Shown: positions 1 through 10,150 of the stretch, piece by piece
Layout of the letters: every line of letters begins with the position of its first letter
How positions within the stretch are numbered: position 1 is the first letter of the stretch
Program-made: the position numbers and the translations under genes
Assembly: GCA_918797485.1 (NCBI GenBank)
Contig: CAKKNE010000005.1
Coordinates: forward strand, 3,286,001 to 3,350,000
Length of the DNA: 64,000 bases
Direction: 5' to 3'
Source: Pelagomonas calceolata
Lineage: Eukaryota
Notes under the pieces: generated by a model
Told to the model about the DNA's origin: nothing
Databases searched by the model: none
Seen by the model: only the letters and a program-made list of their open reading frames with translations

Positions 1-257
1 AAGATCAAGACGCTCGTCGGCGACAGTGCATAAATCAAATTGTCGCGACGCGTCTCCGCCACAGCTCAATCATGGCCTCCACGCCATCGACGCGACGCCG
101 GCTCGATGGCGTGGTGTTGTGGCTCTCTACGGCCGCGTTCGAGAAACCGACTCACTGATTGATCTGCGCACAGGTCGGCGACCAGGACGCCGCGGACGCG
201 AAGCCCTCGGAGGAGGGGATCCGGAACCCGGCGAAGTGGGACAAGGCGAGTGAGTAA
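1..257 (+). CDS. 3' end of an unknown protein-coding gene, exons <1..15 and 174..257 (...KIKTL|VGDQDAADAKPSEEGIRNPAKWDKASE*)
   Basis: Removing the introner intron 16..173 gives an open frame ending at TAA 255-257. The 5' part lies outside the window. Confidence 0.6.
16..181 (+). mobile_element. Introner element 1; GT-AG intron 16..173
   Basis: TSD GTCGGCGA at 16-23 and 174-181; imperfect TIRs CAGTGCATAAATCAA (from 24) and TTGATCTGCGCACAG (to 173); internal CCACGCCATCGA/TCGATGGCGTGG hairpin. Confidence 0.9.
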
Positions 258-262
258 AATTC

Positions 263-1276
263 TTAGGAGCCAGCGTTCTGCTGCCGCGACCGGCGCTCGG
301 CGGCGGCGAGGATCGCGTCCCGGTTTCCGCGGGCCGTGCGTTGTGGTGAAGGTGGCGTCGGCGTCGGCACGAGGGGCGCGGCCGCCGGCGCGGAGGCGCC
401 CAGCACGCGCCCCTGTCCACCAGGTGGCTCGGGCGGAAACGCGGCCTGCCGCGCCTCGGCGAGCATCGTCCCGAAGCCCCGCTGCACCGCCGACGGATTT
501 TCGGGGTCCGCCCAGTCGCCGCCCGAGACCGTAAAGGCCGACGCCCCCAGGCTCCGCTCGGCGCTCACGAAGGTCGAATCAGAAGTCACGCAGGCGAGAG
601 CCGAGGCCGCCTCGCAGCGGCTCACGAGCGCGGGCTTGGGTTTGAGCACCTCCAGGTAGCCCTTCGCGTAGCCGTAGCCGTAGGCGCAGCCCAATGATAA
701 TGAGAGCTTCGGCGCGCCCAAGATCAGCAACAATAACAAAAGGGCCGCGGGGTACCTATCTCTAGGCACCTGGATGGGAATGCAGGGCAGCGGGCGCGTG
801 CCGTCGGGCGAGGAGAGGCACTCTATGGTAATAAGGCAGAGTAATAAGGGCCAGCCGCCGCTCGTCGCGGCGAGCGCCGGCTCCGCGGAGCCGATCATCA
901 TCGTAAAGAGGTAGCACAGCGCGCAGAACGAGAGGTTGATGACAATGGAAGCTGTAAGGGTGGCTATCATCATTCGCATAGATCCCCAGCTCTGCTCGAG
1001 GCGCGGGCCGACGCCGTCGCCCAAAACAAAAAGGGCCACGACCGTCCCTAGCAACGAATTGCCGACGCAGGGCGACAGGATCAGGCGCCACAGTTCAAAC
1101 CGTCTTACAATGCGAAACGGCACGGTCTCGAGGCCGCGCTGGAGGTCCAAAATCCACGAGAAGCCGTAGCACGCGGCGAGGCCGACGCACAGTCCTCTAC
1201 AGACGACGGGCGTCCGCGCGGCCCAGGCCTCGTAGGCGCGGTTGAGGGGGTTGGCGTCCTCCGGGGGGGCCTGCAT
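263..1276 (-). CDS. Rhomboid/Derlin-superfamily membrane protein
   Basis: ORF from ATG 1276 (MQAPPEDANP); FELWRLILSP motif, GPRLEQSWGS, several TM helices, C-terminal 'GQGRVLG' SHP-box-like motif. Confidence 0.7.
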   Translation of the reverse strand: MQAPPEDANPLNRAYEAWAARTPVVCRGLCVGLAACYGFSWILDLQRGLETVPFRIVRRFELWRLILSPCVGNSLLGTVVALFVLGDGVGPRLEQSWGSMRMMIATLTASIVINLSFCALCYLFTMMIGSAEPALAATSGGWPLLLCLITIECLSSPDGTRPLPCIPIQVPRDRYPAALLLLLLILGAPKLSLSLGCAYGYGYAKGYLEVLKPKPALVSRCEAASALACVTSDSTFVSAERSLGASAFTVSGGDWADPENPSAVQRGFGTMLAEARQAAFPPEPPGGQGRVLGASAPAAAPLVPTPTPPSPQRTARGNRDAILAAAERRSRQQNAGS

Positions 1277-1635
1277 CGATGCGTCGCGTCGATGGCGTAC
1301 AGGCTGGCGCAGAGAGGGTGAGCACAGAAGGTATTTTAGTGCGGTTCGCGAAGCGCTTCGCCGAGATGGCAGCAGCACCGTTGTAATGTGTACCTAATTT
1401 AAGTTATTCGCCCTCCACAACACCAAAGCGCTTTGAAGCGCGCGTTTCCGGAGCTAGCGTCCTGTAACACACTAGGAAATCGTCCGCAGCCAGCCGTTTC
1501 AGTCCGCGCGCGCGCTAAAATTCTGTTAGCCGACCACAGGCTAGTCGCTGTAACCTAACTTCTCGCTGCGCCCGCGAAACCGCGAGTCGTGCGCCCCAGC
1601 AGCCACCAAAACCAAAATCACTGATCAGAGCCAAA

Positions 1636-2515
1636 ATGCACAAAACACTTCTCGCGACCCTCCTCATTGCCGCCAGCGCTTTCCGTCCGCCGCTGCGCCT
1701 CGCACCGCTACGAACCCTCTCAACACTGCGCGCCGCGCCCGACGCGGACAAGTCCGTCGACGCGGCCATCGACCAGCGCGCCGCCGAACTGGCCTCATCG
1801 AAACAGATCGCGCGCGCGACGCTGCCGGGGAATAGGAGGGCGTTGGCATTGTGGCGCGTCGGCTGGCTCAGCTGGTGGTGCCAGGTCATCCTCACGACGA
1901 TCAGCGCCGTCGTGCTCACGTTCGCCAAAGTCTCGGCACCATCGACAGCCACCCAACCGGAGGCGGCGTTGGCGTCGGGGTTCCTCTTCGCGAGCGCCGG
2001 CGCCATGTTTTCGTTGATGTCGAGTTTTTGGACGTGGAGATTAGTACGATTAGCGAGACTGGAGTCGAGCGAAGCTTCTGGAGTGCAGAAGATCGTCAGG
2101 CGGACGCAGAAGGCCTTGAGATTTGGCGCGAAACTCAACTTGGTGGGCATGGCGCTGACACTGTTAGCGGCGGAGCAGGTCGTCGGCACGCTGATCATGA
2201 AGGCGCTCGTCGCGCCGGGAAGCTTAGCAGGCGTCTGGTCCGGCACGGCGCCCCAGGCCATGCAGGTGCGCCGGACCGCGTCTCTCGTTCTTCGAAAACT
2301 CCGTGGCGCAATGGATAGCGTATCAGACTTCGAATCTGGGGGTTGCGGGTTCAAGTCCCGTCGGAGTTGGATGTGTCGTCACGCGCAATTTCCCCTCGCA
2401 GGCCTTCAACACGATTGATGTCTTTGTGATCCAGGCGACGACAAATACGCTCTGCGCGCACTTCATCTCGCTGCTCTCGACCTTATCGTTGCTCGCTAGA
2501 TCCGTGAAGTGGTAA
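1636..2515 (+). CDS. DUF3611-family plastid-targeted membrane protein, exons 1636..2265 and 2402..2515
   Basis: Signal peptide plus ASAF motif; GWLSWWCQVIL motif; GT(2266)..AG(2401) splice restores the family-like C-terminus IDVFVIQATTNTLCAHFISL. Confidence 0.8.
2297..2369 (+). tRNA. tRNA-Arg (anticodon TCG), intronic
   Basis: Cloverleaf: acceptor AACTCCG/CGGAGTT, D arm GCGC-AATGGATA-GCGT, anticodon arm TCAGA-CTTCGAA-TCTGG, T arm GCGGG-TTCAAGT-CCCGT; 73 nt. Confidence 0.93.
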
Positions 2516-2526
2516 GCACACAAAAA

Positions 2527-3345
2527 TCACATATTATCTAGGTATGAAGGGTCGTCGGCCGCCTGCACGTAGTCCTGCAGCGCCCTCGCGTCGGGGTCGA
2601 GCGGCTCCGCCGTTTTCGAGAGCTCCTTGTAGCCGAAGTCCTCGTACTTGAACGGCAGTCTCGCTTCGTCGGACCGCCATCCTAACGTCCTTGCAATAGT
2701 ATCGAACTGGTCTCTCCTCAATCTAGTTTCAACACCGTGCGGCAATGCGAAATTATTATCGACACAAAGCGCGAAGACTTCTGCTAAATCAGCCTCCAAG
2801 CGCCGCGCACACCCGTCCAGCCCGAACGACACATACGCATCATCCACTTCACTCGCGTCGAGCGACGTGACCGCTTCGAGTAGAGCGAAGGCCTGGTCCG
2901 CATCTAACAAATCGCGTATGACCGCCGCGTCACTTATAGGAGGCTGCACGCCGAATCCTGTTATAACATCGGCCACATACGCGACCGGGAAGCGGTAGTC
3001 TACGGCGACCTGTTCGACGGTTAAGTCACCGAAGGCATCGCCCACGCCACTCAGCGTGGCCTTCTCCGTCGAGAAGGTTAATGCATTTTCATCATTGTCG
3101 TCGTCGGCCCAGTAATTGATATCATCATCGTCGTAGCCGTAGACCTCCTCGAGCTCCTCTTCGCGCATGTCGTCCTTTTCCGCTTGGGCCGCCGCGGCGG
3201 CCTGTTCTTGCCGTTCCCTCATTTTCCGCTCTCTGTCGTCATTGCTTGTCGCGCGCCGCGGTGCGAGGCGCCGTCGATGCGGTGCGTAGTGGTAGGCGCT
3301 GCAGGCAGCCAGTGCCCAGGCGGCTATGAGGCGTGGCCTGAGCAT
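2527..3345 (-). CDS. Probable plastid-targeted protein with two IF2-N-terminal-like repeats
   Basis: ATG 3345 with signal-like N-terminus; 'FGDLTVEQVAVDYRFPVAYV' and a second repeat resemble small cyanobacterial IF2_N-like proteins. Confidence 0.55.
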   Translation of the reverse strand: MLRPRLIAAWALAACSAYHYAPHRRRLAPRRATSNDDRERKMRERQEQAAAAAQAEKDDMREEELEEVYGYDDDDINYWADDDNDENALTFSTEKATLSGVGDAFGDLTVEQVAVDYRFPVAYVADVITGFGVQPPISDAAVIRDLLDADQAFALLEAVTSLDASEVDDAYVSFGLDGCARRLEADLAEVFALCVDNNFALPHGVETRLRRDQFDTIARTLGWRSDEARLPFKYEDFGYKELSKTAEPLDPDARALQDYVQAADDPSYLDNM

Positions 3346-3784
3346 CGTCAAACGCTGCGTTGGACACCTAGTCGATGAATGCCACTGTGCAGCTTGCGCG
3401 CGCACGAATGTGGCGGCCAAAAGGCAGTGCTTTGCCTAAGCCGGCGTAGCGGCAGCTAGCGGCATGTAAGACACTAGCCCATCGCTCCTTTTATGCTTCT
3501 GCCGGGCCACAGTGGTCGTAGGCGTATCGGAGTAGAAGCAGCGCCGTCGTGGATTGGTCCGACAGCCCAAAAAAAACTACTAGATCCTACTAGGAGGGCG
3601 GCGCTATTCAGGCCGAGGGGCTGTAATTCCTACGTCGGGACGCGGGCCGATGGCGACGGCCGAGCGCGGCACGTAGCCGCCTCCCACTGCAATAACCGCC
3701 TCTCACTGCGCAAAGAGCAGCGGCGCGCCGGGGCAGCCCCAGCGAGGGCAGCCCTGTAGGCGAAGGCCAGGGCCGCGGAAGACC

Positions 3785-6298
3785 ATGACGTCCGTCGCGG
3801 CCACGTCCGCCGCCGCCGAGGAGGCGTCGGAACAGCTCGCGCTGCGACGAAAAGAACGCGAGCAGGCCGCCGGCGGCTTGGAGGAGGGCGGCGCCTACAT
3901 CACCGACGCCGCCTCGATGGCCGTCTCGCCCTCCGCGCAATTAAGGAATGCGGGCCGCAATTTGTGGGGCGCGACGACGAAGAAGTTCTCTCGTAGAAGT
4001 CTGCGGTTAGATCCGGTTGCTGCCGCCCAGGTGGAAAGGTCACGACAAAGACTCAAGGAGATCCACGGGACCATCATAGAACCCACCGGATGGTTCATGG
4101 GCTACTGGGACGGCATAACATTCTCCTCATTGATCTTCACCGCAGTAGTCACCCCAGTAGAAGTCGCATTTTCCGGGACCCAGCCATTACGGTTCGGGAA
4201 AGACTACCACGAACTCCCGCTCTTCATCCTAAACCGGATTGTGGACGCGGTCTTCATCAGCGACTTCTGCATGCAGTTCTTCATGGGCTACCAGGACGAC
4301 AATAAAATTGTCAGGGACAAGTGGAAGATTGCCAAAAAATATCTGACGAGCTGGGCGCCCATCGACTTCGTGTCGAGTTGTCCTCTGGAGATGTTTTTAC
4401 TGTTATACCAGTGGCACGACTGCTCGAACCGAGATCCGCCCGTGAACGTCGCGTCGGAGAGCTGCTCCGCGGGGGCGCTGAAAAATTACGTCAAAATCTT
4501 TCGACTGCTGCGCCTGCTGAAGTTGTTCCGAGTCATCCGAGCCTCGCGCATTCTCAAAAGGTGGGAGGCGGCGGCGGTCTTCGTCTTCACGTACACGGAG
4601 ATCAGCATGATGCGGTTTTTTGTGATGCTGGTCATGTACGCGCACTGGAACGCGTGCCTGTGGGGCATGGTCGCCCACCCCGACATCCAGCCGGACTACA
4701 ACTGGATGTTTCGGTTGGAGGAGACGATGAACGCGAACAGCGTGATGCGGTGCCGCGTGTCGCAGGACCACGCGGCGTTAGTGGGGAAAGACATCGACGC
4801 GTCGGTCCAGTATTTGAATAGCAACTTTGATGACTCCGCATCATTGGCAGGAGTAGGAACGTACAAACCGAATTGGGCGCCCTACTGCGTCGGGAGCGAG
4901 TCCGAGACGTGTCGCGGCGGAGAAATCGAGTATCGGGCGGACTACGCGCCGTCGTGTGAGTTGGGTTATGAGGGGAATCGGTTTCAAAGGAACAACGTGC
5001 TGCACAAGTACTGCGCAAGTCTCTACTTCGCCGTATACACGATGACTGGAATAGGTTTGGGGGATATCAGCGCGACGGGCAACCTCGAGGTCATGGTCGC
5101 GACGGCGATTATGTTGTGTGGCGCGGTCTTCTGGGCCTACATGATCGGGCAATTTGTTACCTTAGTATCGCACATCGACGTGTACGGCAACGCGTTCCGG
5201 CAGCGCATGGACGAGATGAACTTCATGATGGCCGACAAGCGGTTCAGCAAAGATTTAAGGCGGAAGTGCCGCATGTTCCTCATGGCCTCGAAGGAGCACC
5301 AGCGCCAGGTGAACTACAAGCAGATCGAAAAGCTCATGTCAGTGTCGTTGAGGGACGAAGTGGCCGCCGCGAACAACACGTGGGTGGGCCAGGTCTGGTA
5401 TCTGCGGGAGGTGACGCCGCCGTTTGTGGTCGATCTGTCGCAGGCGATCCAGCGGTTGGTGTACGCGCCCACGGAAGTCGTGGACCTAGGGTTATCGTGC
5501 TTTGTGATTATGAACGGCCTCGGCGCTAGGAAAGGTCGAATTATATCCAGAGGTGGTGTCTGGGGCCAGGACTTTCTTTTAGATAATGTGAATTTGATCG
5601 ACATGGTCTGCACGGCGGCATTATCTTATCTGGAGGTCATCTGTTTGCCTCGAGACAAGATGATCAAATTGCTGTCCATCCCGAAGCACGAGGTCGAACG
5701 GCGCATCGTGCGGAAGGCTAATGTGTTTTATACGATTCGAGCGCGCATCATCGAGATCGGCGCCGACGCCTTGCAGAAACGTTTAAGGGAAGAACGGCGC
5801 GTCGCCGCGACGACGCCGGGTGGGCTAACAACACCAGGTTCGCGCTCGTCCATGTGGCACTCCTTCCTGAACAGCGACGCGGCCTTCGACGAGGAAGGTA
5901 GGGAGTCGCGCGCCGCGCGCGAGCTGCGCGAGTCCATGGCGAAAAGAAGGCGGTCCCTCGCGCGGACCATGACCTTCGTGTCCTACCCGTCGCCCAGTCA
6001 TCGACGACGCGCCCGCGTTGTCGATCCCACTCCTGAGTTCGGCATGGACGACTCGAGTGCCGGCCTCAAGGGTGGGGTTGGAAGGGGTTCCCCGACGCCG
6101 GACGAGCATCCGGCCGACCTGCGCCAGTCCGACGGGGACCTCCAGGACGAGCTCGCCGCCTCCGTGAGGGAGGTCTCGACCGCCGTCGCCGCCCTCGAGG
6201 GCCGCGCGCGGGACGAGAGCCGAAAGCGCGATGCTGAAACCGACGCGCTCCACGCGAAGCTCGACCGGCTGCTCGCGGCGCTCGACGCCAAGGGCTGA
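3785..6298 (+). CDS. Voltage-gated cation channel with cyclic-nucleotide-binding-like domain (KCNH/CNG/HCN superfamily)
   Basis: WD..F..LIFTAVVTPVEVAF (S1), YL.SWAPIDFVSS (S3), Arg-rich S4 (FRLLRLLKLFRVIRASRILKRW), pore LYFAVYTMTGIGLGDI, C-linker and degenerate CNBD. Confidence 0.88.
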   Translation: MTSVAATSAAAEEASEQLALRRKEREQAAGGLEEGGAYITDAASMAVSPSAQLRNAGRNLWGATTKKFSRRSLRLDPVAAAQVERSRQRLKEIHGTIIEPTGWFMGYWDGITFSSLIFTAVVTPVEVAFSGTQPLRFGKDYHELPLFILNRIVDAVFISDFCMQFFMGYQDDNKIVRDKWKIAKKYLTSWAPIDFVSSCPLEMFLLLYQWHDCSNRDPPVNVASESCSAGALKNYVKIFRLLRLLKLFRVIRASRILKRWEAAAVFVFTYTEISMMRFFVMLVMYAHWNACLWGMVAHPDIQPDYNWMFRLEETMNANSVMRCRVSQDHAALVGKDIDASVQYLNSNFDDSASLAGVGTYKPNWAPYCVGSESETCRGGEIEYRADYAPSCELGYEGNRFQRNNVLHKYCASLYFAVYTMTGIGLGDISATGNLEVMVATAIMLCGAVFWAYMIGQFVTLVSHIDVYGNAFRQRMDEMNFMMADKRFSKDLRRKCRMFLMASKEHQRQVNYKQIEKLMSVSLRDEVAAANNTWVGQVWYLREVTPPFVVDLSQAIQRLVYAPTEVVDLGLSCFVIMNGLGARKGRIISRGGVWGQDFLLDNVNLIDMVCTAALSYLEVICLPRDKMIKLLSIPKHEVERRIVRKANVFYTIRARIIEIGADALQKRLREERRVAATTPGGLTTPGSRSSMWHSFLNSDAAFDEEGRESRAARELRESMAKRRRSLARTMTFVSYPSPSHRRRARVVDPTPEFGMDDSSAGLKGGVGRGSPTPDEHPADLRQSDGDLQDELAASVREVSTAVAALEGRARDESRKRDAETDALHAKLDRLLAALDAKG

Positions 6299-6391
6299 GC
6301 TTTTAACAACGAATTAGGATGACTACCTTGTCCCCCCCCTGGCCCTGCTTGCGCGTGGGCGATTTCACAGGCGTGACCCCGGGGCTCAACG

Positions 6392-7138
6392 TCATGACTC
6401 CGCGAAGAGGATCGTTCGTGCGAAAAAGACCAGGGCGCTCAGGGCGACGAAGTCTATCACCGCCAGACCGACGAACCCGCCCAGAACGACTCCCTTCCCC
6501 AGGAGGATGTCTCGGTCCGCGGCTCCCAGGTCCCAGGAGCCGTCACTTCGACGCCAGCTCTCGAGGGACCCGAGGCACTGCGACCGCGCGGCGCAGCCGC
6601 TGCCCTTCGCCCAGGCGTCGAAGACCGCGTCGAGCGCCGCGTCGGGCGCCTGCCTCGCTTTCCGTCGAATCGTCGCCTTGAACGCGTCGCGCGCGACGTA
6701 TCGCTCCGCCCCCAGATAATCGCCCTCGCCGCCGCCGGGTGCGCCGATCGCCACGGCCAGCGGCACGAAGAGCGACTCGTCCGGCGTTGCGAAGGCGTCG
6801 AGAATCTGAGAGACGTCCTCCTCGAGTACCGCGTCCGGCGCGCCGAGCGACGCGAGCGCCAACTTCGCGCCTTGGCCGCTGGTCTCGACAAAGCCCTCGT
6901 ACCGTGCGGGCGAGCTGAGTTTTGTAAAAGCGAAGCTGTTCACCGCGATAAGCGCCGGCACCAAACCGCCGAAGAGCCAGGTCACGATGGCGGTGTTTTT
7001 TACTGTCTCGCCGAGCGGCGCCATGCTGCGCACCGTCTGCGTCCTCGGACGGGAGCTCGTCGACGCCACGCGTTGCAACCTTGGCGGCACCAGAGCCGCG
7101 GCGTGGATCGCAATCAAGAGGAGTGCTATGCGCCTCAT
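6392..7138 (-). CDS. Hypothetical membrane protein, probably plastid-targeted
   Basis: ATG 7138 MRRIALLLIAIHAAALVPP signal plus Ser/Arg transit-like segment; two hydrophobic helices. Confidence 0.55.
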   Translation of the reverse strand: MRRIALLLIAIHAAALVPPRLQRVASTSSRPRTQTVRSMAPLGETVKNTAIVTWLFGGLVPALIAVNSFAFTKLSSPARYEGFVETSGQGAKLALASLGAPDAVLEEDVSQILDAFATPDESLFVPLAVAIGAPGGGEGDYLGAERYVARDAFKATIRRKARQAPDAALDAVFDAWAKGSGCAARSQCLGSLESWRRSDGSWDLGAADRDILLGKGVVLGGFVGLAVIDFVALSALVFFARTILFAES

Positions 7139-7538
7139 TGTGCAGGACGTCGCGCAGTGACTGGCGCAAATGGCCGCCTGAGCTCTCCCAATGGATTGAG
7201 ATCCGGTAGCCACAAATCGAAGAGCGGCACGGCAGCCCGTATCGAGACTGACGGATCCTTTTGCAATACAGCTGCCGCCGCCGCTGCTTGCAACACTACA
7301 CTCGTCGGTCGGCCGCAAGGACAGCCTTGCTGCCGCTGGCCAAGCTGCTGCCTGCAGGGCCTGCTTGCACACAGACTGGTGCGATTGGCCAGCCAACAAG
7401 GAGTGCGACCCGGCACAACAGTGGTGTGCTGCCAACGAAGCTTAAGAGCTTGCAACACTGCGGCGACGACGTGCGCGCCTGCATTGCAGCCTCTCAGCAC
7501 TCAGTGAGCCCCTGCACCGGCGATAAACGGCCGCAGCG

Positions 7539-9218
7539 ATGGAGGACGGCAACGGCAGCAGCCGTGCAGCCCTCAAGCGCAAGAAGCTCAAGAAAAAGAA
7601 GCGCAAGCAGCAACACCAGCCGCTCGTCGCGCCCGCGCCGTCGACGAAAAAGAAGAAGAAGCAGAAGCAGCAACCGGGCCCATCGCCGCCGCCGCCCGCC
7701 GTCGAAAGCTCGAACGACGCCCTCCAAATCGTGCAAGGAGAGGACGTCGCGCCGGACGCTATCAACAATGCAATGAAATCGAGGACGCAAGAGGACGGCG
7801 ATTCGAACGGCCGCCGCCTACTCCGAGCGCTGCTGGCGCCCGTCGGCGCCCGGTGTTTCTACGAGGAGACCTTCGAGCGGCGCGGGTTATTAGTAAGGGG
7901 CCGCGGTTCAAATTATTTGTCAGGGTGGTGCTCTACTGAAGACGTCTTCCGAGCCTTGGAACAACCAGCTACGAGTGGCGTGGACGTGGACGTGACTAGA
8001 TATGACCCTAGCAGCGAAAAACGGAAGACGCTCTCCGATGGCATCATATCTGCGACGTGGGCCCGCCAACAGCTCGACCAAGGTGCCACCATCAGGCTGA
8101 GACAGCCCCAGGACCGCCTCACCAAGGTCCAAGCTTTGTGTCGAGCGTTGGAAGGCGAGTTCGGAAGCACGATCGGCGCGAACGCTTATTTAACAGCGAA
8201 GGACGGGGCCCAGGGCTTCGCGGCCCATTGGGACGACGTCGACGTTTTCATCCTACAACTCGAGGGTCGGAAACGGTGGCGCGTCGGTGCTTGTGCGGAT
8301 GATGTTTATAAGTTGCCTCGTGTGTCCTCAGAGGACTTTGACGAAGAGGCTTTGAGGAGGCTGTGTCCGCATCTGTCGGAGATCGTACTCGAGCCGGGCG
8401 ACGTCCTTTATCTTCCTAGAGGTTTTATCCATAGCGCCGTCACGGAAGGTTTGGAGAATAGCCTCCATCTTACGTTATCGTGTCATCGCGCCAACTCCTG
8501 GGCCGATTTGTTGGAGGCGGCTCTACCTTCAGCATTATCGGAGGCTATTGCAAGTGACCCAAAAATGCGGGAGTCACTACCGCGCGACTGCCTCCACTAC
8601 ATGGGCGTCGCGCATGCTCTTGAGAGTTCCGACGACGAAGCCGCCGACGAGTCAGATGACGACGCGTCGCTGACCGAAGTGGCGTCCGTGCGCTACGACC
8701 CGGAAATCCCGAGAAGTAGGAGCCTCCAGAAGAAACGTAGACAACGTTTCGCGGAGCGCTGCGCGGGCCACTGTAAAGACATCTTGGCGCGGCTGCTTAC
8801 GAACCTCGACGCGACCTGCGACGACCGATCCGTAGCTTTCGTGGCCGAGCGCCTGCCGCCTTTGGCACCGGAAAAGGGCGACCCCGCCACAATAACGGCG
8901 ACGACGCGCGTCCACTGTGTTGAACGAAGGGACGCGCGCCTCGTTCCCGGAGAGGCGGGAGTGCTCCTCTACCACGCGCTCGACAACGCGACGAGCCATC
9001 GGGGGAGACCCGTCGCGTGTTTGGAATTCGAGGAGGAGGACGCGCCGGCGCTCGAAGCTTTACTAGCGTCGCACGCGGCGCGGCCCGTGCTCGTCCGCGA
9101 CCTGCCTCATTCCTCTGATGCCGACCGGATCGCTGTTGCTGCCTCGCTTGTTGCCGAGGGGCTACTGGTCGTGTCGGCGTCTGGGCATGAGGCCGAGTCG
9201 TCCGATTCAGATGGGTAA
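7539..9218 (+). CDS. JmjC ribosomal oxygenase, NO66/RIOX1-like
   Basis: GANAYLT...QGFAAHWDDVDVFILQLEGRKRW, LEPGDVLYLPRGFIHSA, SLHLT; Lys-rich N-terminal NLS. Confidence 0.88.
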   Translation: MEDGNGSSRAALKRKKLKKKKRKQQHQPLVAPAPSTKKKKKQKQQPGPSPPPPAVESSNDALQIVQGEDVAPDAINNAMKSRTQEDGDSNGRRLLRALLAPVGARCFYEETFERRGLLVRGRGSNYLSGWCSTEDVFRALEQPATSGVDVDVTRYDPSSEKRKTLSDGIISATWARQQLDQGATIRLRQPQDRLTKVQALCRALEGEFGSTIGANAYLTAKDGAQGFAAHWDDVDVFILQLEGRKRWRVGACADDVYKLPRVSSEDFDEEALRRLCPHLSEIVLEPGDVLYLPRGFIHSAVTEGLENSLHLTLSCHRANSWADLLEAALPSALSEAIASDPKMRESLPRDCLHYMGVAHALESSDDEAADESDDDASLTEVASVRYDPEIPRSRSLQKKRRQRFAERCAGHCKDILARLLTNLDATCDDRSVAFVAERLPPLAPEKGDPATITATTRVHCVERRDARLVPGEAGVLLYHALDNATSHRGRPVACLEFEEEDAPALEALLASHAARPVLVRDLPHSSDADRIAVAASLVAEGLLVVSASGHEAESSDSDG

Positions 9219-9240
9219 GATAGATATACAGTTACTTCTA

Positions 9241-9621
9241 CTAAGCAGCCTTCTCAGCTGGATCCGCCCCCCACTCGGCGCCCGGCGCGGCCACGATGTC
9301 CGGCGGCAGGTCGTCGGCGGCCGGCCAGGATCTAGGGTGTTTTTCTCCTAGTGCCACGAGCTCCTCGAAGGTCCTCTCGACCGCCGCCTCGTCGAGCCCA
9401 TCCAAATCTCTGGTCTCCGTGTGGCCCATGCCGTAGGTCGCCACTATATAAGGCTTGTCCTCGGCGGCCCGCACGAGAAAGGGGAACTTCGGGTTCAGCG
9501 TCTTGAGCGTCGCGTAGTTGTTGCGCAGGTAGCTGCGCACGGGCTCGCTCGACGGCGCCTCGGCGCAGCACACGATCCGCAGCTCGTGGAGGCGCTTCGA
9601 GACGAGGGCGCGCCAGGCCAT
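9241..9621 (-). CDS. NDUFA2: NADH:ubiquinone oxidoreductase subunit B8 (NDUFA2-like)
   Basis: MAWRALVSKRLHELRIVCC...S.PVRSYL..NYATLKTLNPKFPFLVR, matching the L51/S25/CI-B8 family. Confidence 0.85.
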   Translation of the reverse strand: MAWRALVSKRLHELRIVCCAEAPSSEPVRSYLRNNYATLKTLNPKFPFLVRAAEDKPYIVATYGMGHTETRDLDGLDEAAVERTFEELVALGEKHPRSWPAADDLPPDIVAAPGAEWGADPAEKAA

Positions 9622-10150
9622 GACGAATGTCCGCGCCGCCCGCGGCGATCACTGGCAGAGGCTCAAGTGGCTGCTTCTCTGGAGGCGCGGTTTCAGGGTT
9701 GCGCGCAGTGAAGCACTGGGTCTCCGCAGCTCACAGGCTAACGTGGGCAGTCCAGAGTGCCCACGCGTTGCGCGACGGCGAGCCCGAAAGCCAAAAATGG
9801 CAATGGCTAAATCGAGGCAAAACCCGCGCGAAGCCGTTTCGCTGACACATGTCCTGCCCGCGGGTCCTACGAGTCGTGCTGGAGCCCTGCAAGCAGCACT
9901 CGGCCGGAACGGCAGGCTTTTCTGGATGGCTGACTGTCCATGCTCAATGCTTTGATCCGTAGCTTTTTTTGCGCGTATAAATACTAGTTGCCTCTGCCGA
10001 GCGCCGTCAGCAACTACTCCTGTACATAGCCTGACCGCTGCTGCCTTCCTTTTGCATCAGCACGCGCACCTATCCCTAGAGATATCCACTATTGGCCAGC
10101 ACGTTCCAAAGCGCTCGTAGAGCTCAAAGAACAACGCACAGCTCGCAACC

